Sequence record: NC_061451.1
DNA length: 64,000 bases
Direction: 5' to 3' (one strand)
This document shows, in pieces, positions 47,357 to 54,989 of this stretch. The notes beneath the pieces are model-generated. The model saw nothing but the letters and a program-made list of their open reading frames with translations. It was not told the DNA's origin and did no database searches. How positions within the stretch are numbered: the stretch's first letter is position 1; each line of letters starts with the position of its first letter. The translations under genes were made by a program, and so were the position numbers.

Positions 47357-50300
47357 ATGTCCGAGAACAATCAAAGCGGAGCTACTCGCTTCGGCACAGA
47401 AGTGCAGGCCGGCATCGCAGAAGCGCAACGCCGTGCTAACTCTGCTGAGAGTGGCAAGCTGAACAAATGCACGATCATCGTGCTGACTTCGATTGACGCC
47501 AACCAGCGTTACTCTTATCTGTCCGCAGACGAACAACTGCGCGAAGAACTGGTGCGTGGTAAAGTAATCAATCGTCTGCCTGATCTGTTAGAGCGTGCTG
47601 GTGGTAATACCGCTGCTGACAATAACAGCGCGTTCCACATCCTGCATCCAAACAACGGTGTGCCTACCTCGATCGATGCTCGCATCAAAGTGGGCGAAGG
47701 CAATGCGGTCATTCTGTCATATACTGTAAACAAAGCAGTGACAGAGATGCACGGTAGCTTATCGCTTGCTCTGTTTGCATCTGGCGCCGAAGACTTAAAT
47801 GATCTGGCCGCTGATTTCGGTATTCACGCAATTGCGATTGTTGAAGAATCGAAAGCCGCTGAGTTCATCAAAGGACTTGAAGCTCAGGTGGAAGCGTTGA
47901 ATATTGTAAATCTCACTAGCATTGATGATTCTAACGATTCGTTAGACCTGCCAGTGATTGACTTCGCTGCATTAGCGGGCAATCCTACAACAGTGCTTAC
48001 GGGCGCTGTGCGTACCTTCATCATGCAATCAATCAGCGGCGAAGTCTTCGCTGCAATCCCTAATAACGGAGAACTGAACGTGAAAAACGATAACGTGGCT
48101 CAGCCTGCTGACCTGGAAGAAGACTTCGACAACAATGATGAGATTGTTGATCAGAACGGCGGCGAAGGCGAAGTTACTGGCGAAGAGCTGCTGGGCTACA
48201 AAGCAGAAAATCTTTCGCTTGACCAAATGCGTAGTGCGCTTGAAGCGATCAACTACGACCTGTCTGAAATGACGGAAGAAGCAATCCGTGAAGCGTTCGA
48301 AACTGAACAGAACCTTTACCTGGGTGGCGGCGATGATGAATCTTCCGAAGAAGAGGAAGATGAAGACGCCACTGATGTTGACAGCGACGAAGAAGAAGAG
48401 GAAGAAGACGAGGAGTTCGATGCTCCTGCGTATCTGGCTCAAGCGCTCGCTGCTGAAAACTTTAGCCGTAGCGATCTGAAACTGCTGGTCAAGTCGCAAG
48501 ACCTGAAAGTGATGAAGAACGACACTCCTGAAACTCTGGTGCAGAAGCTGCTGGACCTGGTGCAGGACGCATCGTCTGATGAAGTGTTCGAACTGATCAC
48601 TGTGTTCGTTGAACTGCTGGACGAGCACGGCGTTGAGTGTGACGCGCTGCGTGCTACCATCGCTGAGGATGAAAGCGATGAAGACGAAGAAGAGGACGGC
48701 GAAGACGAAGACGCCGATGAAGATGGCGACGACGAAGAAGAGGAAGATGAAGAGGAGTCTGATGAAGACGAATCTGAAACCGAATCTGACGACGAACCTG
48801 CAACGCTGTTTTCTGCCTCTGACGTTACTGATCCTCTCGACTACTTCCAGTTCGAAGGTGGTGACCTGACTCACGAACAACGCGCCGCTGCCGTACAGGC
48901 GATGGGTTCAAGCACTGTTGGTCTGAACATCGTTCAGGTCATGAAAGCGTTCAATCAAATCCGTTCACAGTCTAACGCGATTGACATTGCCGCTGATGAA
49001 GCCGACTCTGCGCTGTACGACATGCTGACTGCGCTGCCGTATGCAACGCTGCTGAGCTTCGCTCAAGAGATTGAGCTGGACGTTGACGGCGAAGAGTCTG
49101 CCGAAGATCTCGTCACTTTGCTGATGGACGAATCTACTGCCGACAGCGATACGCTGAAAGCGCTGGCGTATGTGTTTGAAACCTACGGCGGCCTGGGTGT
49201 TGAAGCAGATGATATCCTGCTGATGGACTGGCATGAAGCGCTGGCGCTGGTTATTCCTGTGTATGCATCGTCAGACGAAGTTGAGTCCGATGCAGAAGAA
49301 GACGAAGACGAAGACGTTATCGCTGATGAAGATTCGTCTAACGCTAACCTGAAGTTCCTGAAATCTGTTGACGTCAACAACCCTGTCGGCCCGATGCTCG
49401 AAGTTGATATGGACCGCACTCTGGTTATCAACTACACCTTCACTGACGGTAACACTTACCGCGATGTGCAAGATGAGCTGGCTGATATCGGTGGCGTTAA
49501 CTACCGCTTCCCGTTCAATCTGGGCAAAGCTGGTAAAGCAAACAAGAGCAGCGCGCCTGGTAGCCTGATTGCTCCTGCTGAACATCTGATCGCAATGTTA
49601 GACCGCGCTGGTACTACTCGCTTCTTAGCTGACCCGAACACCTTCGATGTTGGTGTGTGGGCAGAATCTCTGGAGCGTATGCTGAACGCAGAAATCGCTA
49701 ACAATCTGTATGCTGGTCGCATTGAAGACGGCGCTGACCCGCAGCAAGCTGGCATCGTAGTCGGTGACTTCATCGATGAAGACGAGCAAGCAGAAGTTGC
49801 TGACCTCGGCCTGCTGGATGAAGATGAGCTGGAAGCGTACACTGGTGATCATCTGCCGATTGCAAGCCTGTACAATGCGCAAGCCCGCGTACGTCCAGTC
49901 AACGTCGATAGCTCTTACGTTGCACTGAGCACCGTAGTGCTGAACGTTGCAGTCCCTGGCTTCTGGTGTGACTCTGATGTTGGCCGTCTGGTGCAAGCGT
50001 GTGTTAATCGCGTAATCAGCCTGGCAGAAAGCGTTGAAGGCATCAAAGTGTACGCAGGCTTCACTCTGGAATCTGCTGCGCTGCTGAACAACGGTCGCCT
50101 GTACGAAGTTGTTGGTGCGCTGCGTGAGATGGACGGTGTGCAGTCTTACTCCGCCGCAGACGCTGCTAACTTCTCAGAAGCGGAAGACATTATCGAAGTA
50201 GCGTCTTCTATCGATGATCGTGACCTGCCGTTCACTGTACTGGCAAGCGGCCTGTCTGGCGCAACGTTTGAAAACGGCGGTGACCTGACCGTGCTGGTTC

Positions 50301-50368
50301 CGTGCTCTGTCTTCGACGAAGAAGAAGATGAGTCCGAAGAGGACGAGTCAGAAGAAGACGAAGAGTAA
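47357..50368 (+). CDS. 1003-aa highly acidic protein with three HEH-like modules
   Basis: Long D/E tracts; AENLSLDQMRSAL, AENFSRSDLKLLV...PETLVQKLL, LPYATLLSFAQEIEL...AEDLVTLL; GAGGAG RBS. Confidence 0.85.
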   Translation: MSENNQSGATRFGTEVQAGIAEAQRRANSAESGKLNKCTIIVLTSIDANQRYSYLSADEQLREELVRGKVINRLPDLLERAGGNTAADNNSAFHILHPNNGVPTSIDARIKVGEGNAVILSYTVNKAVTEMHGSLSLALFASGAEDLNDLAADFGIHAIAIVEESKAAEFIKGLEAQVEALNIVNLTSIDDSNDSLDLPVIDFAALAGNPTTVLTGAVRTFIMQSISGEVFAAIPNNGELNVKNDNVAQPADLEEDFDNNDEIVDQNGGEGEVTGEELLGYKAENLSLDQMRSALEAINYDLSEMTEEAIREAFETEQNLYLGGGDDESSEEEEDEDATDVDSDEEEEEEDEEFDAPAYLAQALAAENFSRSDLKLLVKSQDLKVMKNDTPETLVQKLLDLVQDASSDEVFELITVFVELLDEHGVECDALRATIAEDESDEDEEEDGEDEDADEDGDDEEEEDEEESDEDESETESDDEPATLFSASDVTDPLDYFQFEGGDLTHEQRAAAVQAMGSSTVGLNIVQVMKAFNQIRSQSNAIDIAADEADSALYDMLTALPYATLLSFAQEIELDVDGEESAEDLVTLLMDESTADSDTLKALAYVFETYGGLGVEADDILLMDWHEALALVIPVYASSDEVESDAEEDEDEDVIADEDSSNANLKFLKSVDVNNPVGPMLEVDMDRTLVINYTFTDGNTYRDVQDELADIGGVNYRFPFNLGKAGKANKSSAPGSLIAPAEHLIAMLDRAGTTRFLADPNTFDVGVWAESLERMLNAEIANNLYAGRIEDGADPQQAGIVVGDFIDEDEQAEVADLGLLDEDELEAYTGDHLPIASLYNAQARVRPVNVDSSYVALSTVVLNVAVPGFWCDSDVGRLVQACVNRVISLAESVEGIKVYAGFTLESAALLNNGRLYEVVGALREMDGVQSYSAADAANFSEAEDIIEVASSIDDRDLPFTVLASGLSGATFENGGDLTVLVPCSVFDEEEDESEEDESEEDEE

Positions 50369-50375
50369 TTGACAT

Positions 50376-50393
50376 GCGGTCCTTCGGGGCCGC
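50376..50393 (+). repeat. GC hairpin identical to 1490-1507
   Basis: Exact 18-bp match. Confidence 0.75.
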
Positions 50394-50419
50394 AATCTTT
50401 CTCAACAGGAACTGTCTAA

Positions 50420-51241
50420 ATGTCAGAACAAGTTGACCACGCAACTAACATCATTAAGATGGTTAGTGACCGTGATGCTAAGATTAGCGAGCTGTCTGTT
50501 ACGGCAAACGAGCTGCAAGGTCAGGTGAATGACTATGCTGCCGAACTCGCCGCATCTGCTGTGCGTGAAACTGCATTGCGTTTGAAGCTACGTTCTCAAG
50601 AGCGCCAGACGAATACCGATTTAGTTCGTCTGGAAACTCGCACGAAAGAGCTGGTGGATATTTCAAACACTCAGATGGCCGAAAGTAACGAGCTTAAAGC
50701 ACGCGTTGAAGAAATGAACGCTAAGCTGGCGCAAGTTGACCCGATGCCGTTCGTGCTGCATCTGGTTGCTGTGCAAGCCGCATCTGTGTTCTCGTACATG
50801 GTGCAGTCGTTTGCTCATGCTCATGTTAACCAGCGCACCAACGATACCACACGCACACTCAGTGCTCTGATGGTAGGCGAAACAGCGCGGCGTTATCAGT
50901 CTTTCGAAAAGACCATCGCTCGTTACTGCAACTCGATTGGCGCTGAACGTCCGAAAGCAAATGATGTGCGTAACGCTTTCCCTGACTTCATGCGTAATGA
51001 AGCTGATTTATTCTGTAAAGACCCGAAGTACAGTCACGATTGCATGGCGTTAGCTGCTATGCTTAATCTGCCTCGTACATCGTGGATGTATCGAAAGTCT
51101 CTGGACGCCGTAAACCACTTCGCGTGGATTGCAGCTTTCGAAGGCAGTCCTCAAGAGTTTGAGTCAGATTCAGATTACAACGAATTATACGTTAACTCGC
51201 TTATCGATATTGCAAGCGCGTTAATCGGGCAAAACTTTTAA
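50420..51241 (+). CDS. Protein with N-terminal coiled coil
   Basis: Heptad-rich first ~105 aa. Confidence 0.75.
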   Translation: MSEQVDHATNIIKMVSDRDAKISELSVTANELQGQVNDYAAELAASAVRETALRLKLRSQERQTNTDLVRLETRTKELVDISNTQMAESNELKARVEEMNAKLAQVDPMPFVLHLVAVQAASVFSYMVQSFAHAHVNQRTNDTTRTLSALMVGETARRYQSFEKTIARYCNSIGAERPKANDVRNAFPDFMRNEADLFCKDPKYSHDCMALAAMLNLPRTSWMYRKSLDAVNHFAWIAAFEGSPQEFESDSDYNELYVNSLIDIASALIGQNF

Positions 51242-51286
51242 TCTGTAAAACTTCCCTGTGATTTATTCTGTAAACACTAATTGAAG
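51242..51286 (+). promoter_or_regulatory. Paired TCTGTAAA boxes upstream of 51337 gene
   Basis: AATCTGTAAAACT...TCTGTAAACACTAATTGAAG; repeated at 51922-52000. Confidence 0.55.
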
Positions 51287-51336
51287 TTCGCAACGGGCAA
51301 AAGCCCAAATCGAAAAATTAACGGAGTTCCACTACA

Positions 51337-51906
51337 ATGGCAAAAGCTACTAAGTCAACTAACCTGGTTCCTACCCTGGTTTCTCGCATCGCTAAAAAGT
51401 CTGGCTCTATCGGTACTTCGAAAGCAAAAGCAACTGACCTGCCGCATGACATTCTGATCGAATCTCAGCACGTTGTCGAAATCATCGGTTATATCACTGA
51501 CCGTTCTGCGAACCACGTTACTCTGCGTCACAAAAAAGGCCACGGTTCTTCTTCTCAGATCGTTTCAACCTTCGGCCCGGGTCAACTGCTGACCGTTCTG
51601 GGTGAAGCTGGTTCACACGGTTCTGTGCGTGCGCTGATTACTGCTCCGGTCTGCGAACTGAAAGGCTTCACCATTAAGTATGACGGCGATACCATCATCG
51701 CTACTTCTATCGAAACTGGCGAAGTGATTCACGTTAACACCCAGCTGGCCGGTCACACCGTTCGCGCTACTGTGAACGAAACTGCCGCCGCTAAGAAATA
51801 CGGCACGCCTGCTCCAGGCAAAGGCAAGAAAGATGCTAAGCCTGCTAAAGCAGACAAAGCAGCGAAAGGCGGTAAGAAAAAGAAAGGTAGCGACGAAGAC
51901 TTTTAA
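51337..51906 (+). CDS. Basic protein with Lys/Ala tail ending SDEDF
   Basis: Host-optimal codons; KADKAAKGGKKKKGSDEDF C-terminus. Confidence 0.85.
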   Translation: MAKATKSTNLVPTLVSRIAKKSGSIGTSKAKATDLPHDILIESQHVVEIIGYITDRSANHVTLRHKKGHGSSSQIVSTFGPGQLLTVLGEAGSHGSVRALITAPVCELKGFTIKYDGDTIIATSIETGEVIHVNTQLAGHTVRATVNETAAAKKYGTPAPGKGKKDAKPAKADKAAKGGKKKKGSDEDF

Positions 51907-51921
51907 TCGCTGATCTGAAAA

Positions 51922-52000
51922 TCTGTAAAAACTGATTATGCAGAGCAACAAAAAATAAAGTTGCTCTGCCGTTAAACGAATCTGTAAACATTAATTGAAG
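51922..52000 (+). promoter_or_regulatory. Paired TCTGTAAA boxes flanking a perfect hairpin
   Basis: TCTGTAAAAACT, GCAGAGCAAC/GTTGCTCTGC stem, TCTGTAAACATTAATTGAAG. Confidence 0.55.
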
Positions 52001-52036
52001 CAAGTCGCTTCTCATCCCATACAGGAAATAAAAACC

Positions 52037-52789
52037 ATGGCTAAATCTGCTAAAGTAACCGTAACCGTCGCACAGAAAGTTCTGGCTCAGATGCTGGGTG
52101 TTGTTGTAGCGAACGCAAGCGAGAAAGAACTCGTTGCGATTCTGTCTGACCTGGGCCTGACTGTTGCTGCGAAAGGTAAAGGTGCTAAAGCTGAGAAAGC
52201 TGCGAAAGGCGGCAAGAAAGCTAAAGCCGCTACCGTTGCTCAGATCGTTAAGGCCGTTGAAGAAGAGGAAGCTATCTCCCTCGACGGCGTGAGTGAAGAT
52301 GACCTGCGTGCTGCGGTCGTCAAAGCTAAGCTGGCTAAGGCCAACAAAGCTAAAGCGCTGGACGAAGAGGAGTTGACTGAACTCCTGACCGACGCAATGG
52401 GTGCCGAGTCTGATGAAGACGAGGAAGAGGACGAAGAAGAAGAGGACGAAGACGAGGACGAAGACGACTCGGACGACGAAGACGAAGATGAAGACGACGA
52501 GGACTCAGATGATGAAGATGAGGAGGAGGAAGACGAAGACGAGGATGAAGATGAGGACGAAGATGAAGATCTCGACCTCGACGGCCTCGACGAAGACGAA
52601 CTCCGCGCCCTCGTGATCGACAACAAGCTGGCCACTAAGGCCAAAGCTAAAAAGATGGACGAAGACGAACTTCGTGAACTGTGTGAATCCCACTTCGGCG
52701 GCGACGATGAAGACGAAGACGAAGATGAGGACGAAGACGATGAAGACTTCGACGACGAAGACGAAGACGAAGACGAAGACGACGAATAA
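52037..52789 (+). CDS. Charge-blocked protein: basic tract, two HEH-like modules, long poly-D/E tracts
   Basis: LDGVSEDDLRAAVV...LDEEELTELL and LDGLDEDELRALVI...MDEDELRELC; ATG 52037. Confidence 0.85.
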   Translation: MAKSAKVTVTVAQKVLAQMLGVVVANASEKELVAILSDLGLTVAAKGKGAKAEKAAKGGKKAKAATVAQIVKAVEEEEAISLDGVSEDDLRAAVVKAKLAKANKAKALDEEELTELLTDAMGAESDEDEEEDEEEEDEDEDEDDSDDEDEDEDDEDSDDEDEEEEDEDEDEDEDEDEDLDLDGLDEDELRALVIDNKLATKAKAKKMDEDELRELCESHFGGDDEDEDEDEDEDDEDFDDEDEDEDEDDE

Positions 52790-53002
52790 GTCCTGATCTG
52801 CCGCTGCCCTGCAAGACTAATGAGTGTCTGCGCAGGGCAAGAAATATTCGAAAAATAGTTCGAATTATTTCGCAAAAAGTTTGAAAAATTCCTGTCGTTG
52901 TTTATTGCACATAGTAATATTCGACTACAGGAATTAAACCTGAAAAATTTTACTTTTATCCAACGCGACGAGTCGCACACAATAAATTCACGGAGTATTA
53001 CG

Positions 53003-53515
53003 ATGACTAAGAAAATCATTTCTGGCCTGAACAAAAACCTGAAAGCTATCGCTAAATCAGAAGCTGCCCTGGCCAAAACTGTTGTTGCTACCAACAAAGA
53101 GATCGAAAACCTGGGTTCACAGCGTGCTGGTATCGAAGCGCAGATCGCTGAACTGTCTGGCGTTGCTGCTCCTGCCAAAGCTGATAAAAAAGCTAAAGGC
53201 GCGAAAGCAGAAAAAGCGGCCAAGCCTGCTAAAGCTGAAAAAGCAGCTAAAGCCGGTAAGAAAGAAAAAGCTGCTAAAGCTGAAAAGCCTGCCAAAGCTG
53301 ATAAAAAAGCTAAAGGCGCGAAAGCGGATAAAGCTGCTAAGCCTGCCAAAGCTGAAAAAGCTGGCAAGAAAGAAAAAGCTGCTACCAAGCCTGCTAAAGC
53401 TGATAAAAAAGCTAAAGGCGCCAAGGCCGACAAAGCTGCTAAAGGCGGTAAAGCTGACAAAGCCGGTAAGAAAAAGAAAGCGCAGTCTGATGACTTCGAA
53501 TTCGAAATGGAATAA
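53003..53515 (+). CDS. Histone H1/AlgP-like Lys-Ala-Pro protein with N-terminal coiled coil
   Basis: PAKADKKAKGAKA repeats; ends DDFEFEME; ATG 53003 after GGAG. Confidence 0.8.
   Translation: MTKKIISGLNKNLKAIAKSEAALAKTVVATNKEIENLGSQRAGIEAQIAELSGVAAPAKADKKAKGAKAEKAAKPAKAEKAAKAGKKEKAAKAEKPAKADKKAKGAKADKAAKPAKAEKAGKKEKAATKPAKADKKAKGAKADKAAKGGKADKAGKKKKAQSDDFEFEME
53171..53430 (+). repeat. Coding tandem repeat (3 units of ~102-117 bp)
   Basis: CCTGC(C/T)AAAGCTGATAAAAAAGCTAAAGGCGC at 53171, 53288, 53390. Confidence 0.85.
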
Positions 53516-53612
53516 GCAAGCGGTCGCATAGCGCGATAACTTGATCGAGAGGGCAGCGCTGACGGGCGTTTGCCCTCTTGTCGTATCTATCTCATTTTCG
53601 AGGCTCTTTAAA

Positions 53613-54098
53613 ATGTCCAAACAAGAAGTATTCAACAGGCTTGATGATCTTCACTCCAAAGAACGTGAGCGTATCAAACAAGCCAAGCAAGGCCCCTCCT
53701 ATTTCGAACTGACGAACCTGCGTATTGAAGCAGCCGCTCGTCTAGCTCGTGCTCTCCAAACTCTCAAAGCCGCAAACGTTGTTGGTAACGTTGAAGGTGT
53801 CTCTCTGCAGGAAGATGCGCTTGAAGTCGCTCAAGCCTACTGGACTGCTATCTTAGATGGCTTAACCCCTGTAGTAGTTGATGACTCGCCTATGCGCAAG
53901 CTGCTTGCTGGTATGCCTGCATGTATCGAAGCCTTCCGTGTTGTCGTAATGGAAAGCGCTATGCGTGAACATCTGGTCGTTCAATGCAATGCGATTGCAG
54001 ATGACATTAAGGGCTTCCCGCAACTGACTGGGCATGTTCTGCCTACTATTCAACACACCTGCGAAGAGGGGTGCAACTGTGGCTCAATCACTGAGTGA
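53613..54098 (+). CDS. Hypothetical protein
   Basis: ATG 53613 after GAGG. Confidence 0.7.
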   Translation: MSKQEVFNRLDDLHSKERERIKQAKQGPSYFELTNLRIEAAARLARALQTLKAANVVGNVEGVSLQEDALEVAQAYWTAILDGLTPVVVDDSPMRKLLAGMPACIEAFRVVVMESAMREHLVVQCNAIADDIKGFPQLTGHVLPTIQHTCEEGCNCGSITE

Positions 54099-54849
54099 GA
54101 AGATTAACCGTTACTTCAATCTGATGGAGGACATCCGTGCTGAGATGTTCCGTGTGATTGATGTATCTGACCGTTACTTCGGTATCGTTAGTTTCAACAC
54201 TAACATGCAGGCACTGCAAACCACACTGGTGAGCAAGTCCACCCTGATGGAAGTTAAGCTGCTTGAGGGTATCACTGGTGCGGAGCTGATTGCGTTTGGC
54301 AATATGGTTCACACTGTAGAGCAATGGGTTGCTGGTGGCATGAAGGGTGCTTTCCCTATCGAGCAGACCAAAGACGTGTATGCCAAATATCGCGCTGCTA
54401 CCTCAGATGAACCACAGGCACAAAGTGAACCTGAGCCTGCTAATACCCCGCAGCCTGATGCTGATGAGTTAGACAGCCAGGAACTGGACAATATCAAAGT
54501 TCAACTTCTGTCCTTCGATGACTCTGAACTGATCGACCATGCCGCTCAGTTTAAACTTGGGACGCGTACACGCCTGAGAAGAATGAGCCGAGACGATCTG
54601 CTGGACATGCTGTTTGACCATCACGGTATCTATGCAGAAAACGACCAGCGCCGTAATGAAAGTGTTGCAGACTGGTTAGAACGTATACCTCTTGATGATG
54701 CGCTCCGTGAAGTCGACCGCATAGATGATAGCAGTGTACTTGATCACGTTGCGGACGCTATGAGCGTTATGACGGGTGTCAATGACGCTGTGACGCGAGC
54801 GCGTATTAAGCAGGCTCTGAAAGAGCTACACACTAAGCCCGCGCAGTAA
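54079..54849 (+). CDS. Protein with HEH-like module
   Basis: LLSFDDSELIDHAAQFKLGTRTRLRRMSRDDLLDML; likely GTG start 54079. Confidence 0.75.
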   Translation: MAQSLSEKINRYFNLMEDIRAEMFRVIDVSDRYFGIVSFNTNMQALQTTLVSKSTLMEVKLLEGITGAELIAFGNMVHTVEQWVAGGMKGAFPIEQTKDVYAKYRAATSDEPQAQSEPEPANTPQPDADELDSQELDNIKVQLLSFDDSELIDHAAQFKLGTRTRLRRMSRDDLLDMLFDHHGIYAENDQRRNESVADWLERIPLDDALREVDRIDDSSVLDHVADAMSVMTGVNDAVTRARIKQALKELHTKPAQ

Positions 54850-54865
54850 GTCAAATTTGTCTCTA

Positions 54866-54918
54866 CACTAAGCTGGACAGATCGTGGGTAGCGTCTGACG
54901 CTCTGCCTATGTTATAAT
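54866..54918 (+). promoter_or_regulatory. Bipartite phage promoter copy 12 (upstream of topoisomerase)
   Basis: CACTAAGCTGGACAGATC; TGtTATAAT, -10 at 54913; 33-nt spacing. Confidence 0.75.
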
Positions 54919-54989
54919 ACATATAGGACAAGTAGTGTCTGAATATGCTAATATCGAGTGGTCAACGCTACTCATTAGGAGAAACGAAA

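Noticed and set aside
48029-48880. 283-aa Phe/Val/Ile-rich minus ORF that looks like a membrane protein
   Set aside because: Reverse complement of poly-Asp/Glu codons in 47357..50368; the same applies to 42258..42911, 55695..56504 and other minus ORFs
52400-52790. Highly repetitive GAAGAC/GACGAA DNA as a possible CRISPR or satellite array
   Set aside because: In-frame poly-D/E coding sequence with no constant repeat plus unique spacer structure; no cas genes
52240-53529. 429-aa minus-strand ORF with poly-Ser and LSALAG repeats
   Set aside because: Antisense shadow of the GAA/GAC and GCT/AAA repeats in the + strand acidic and Lys/Ala genes; no RBS and no minus-strand genes elsewhere
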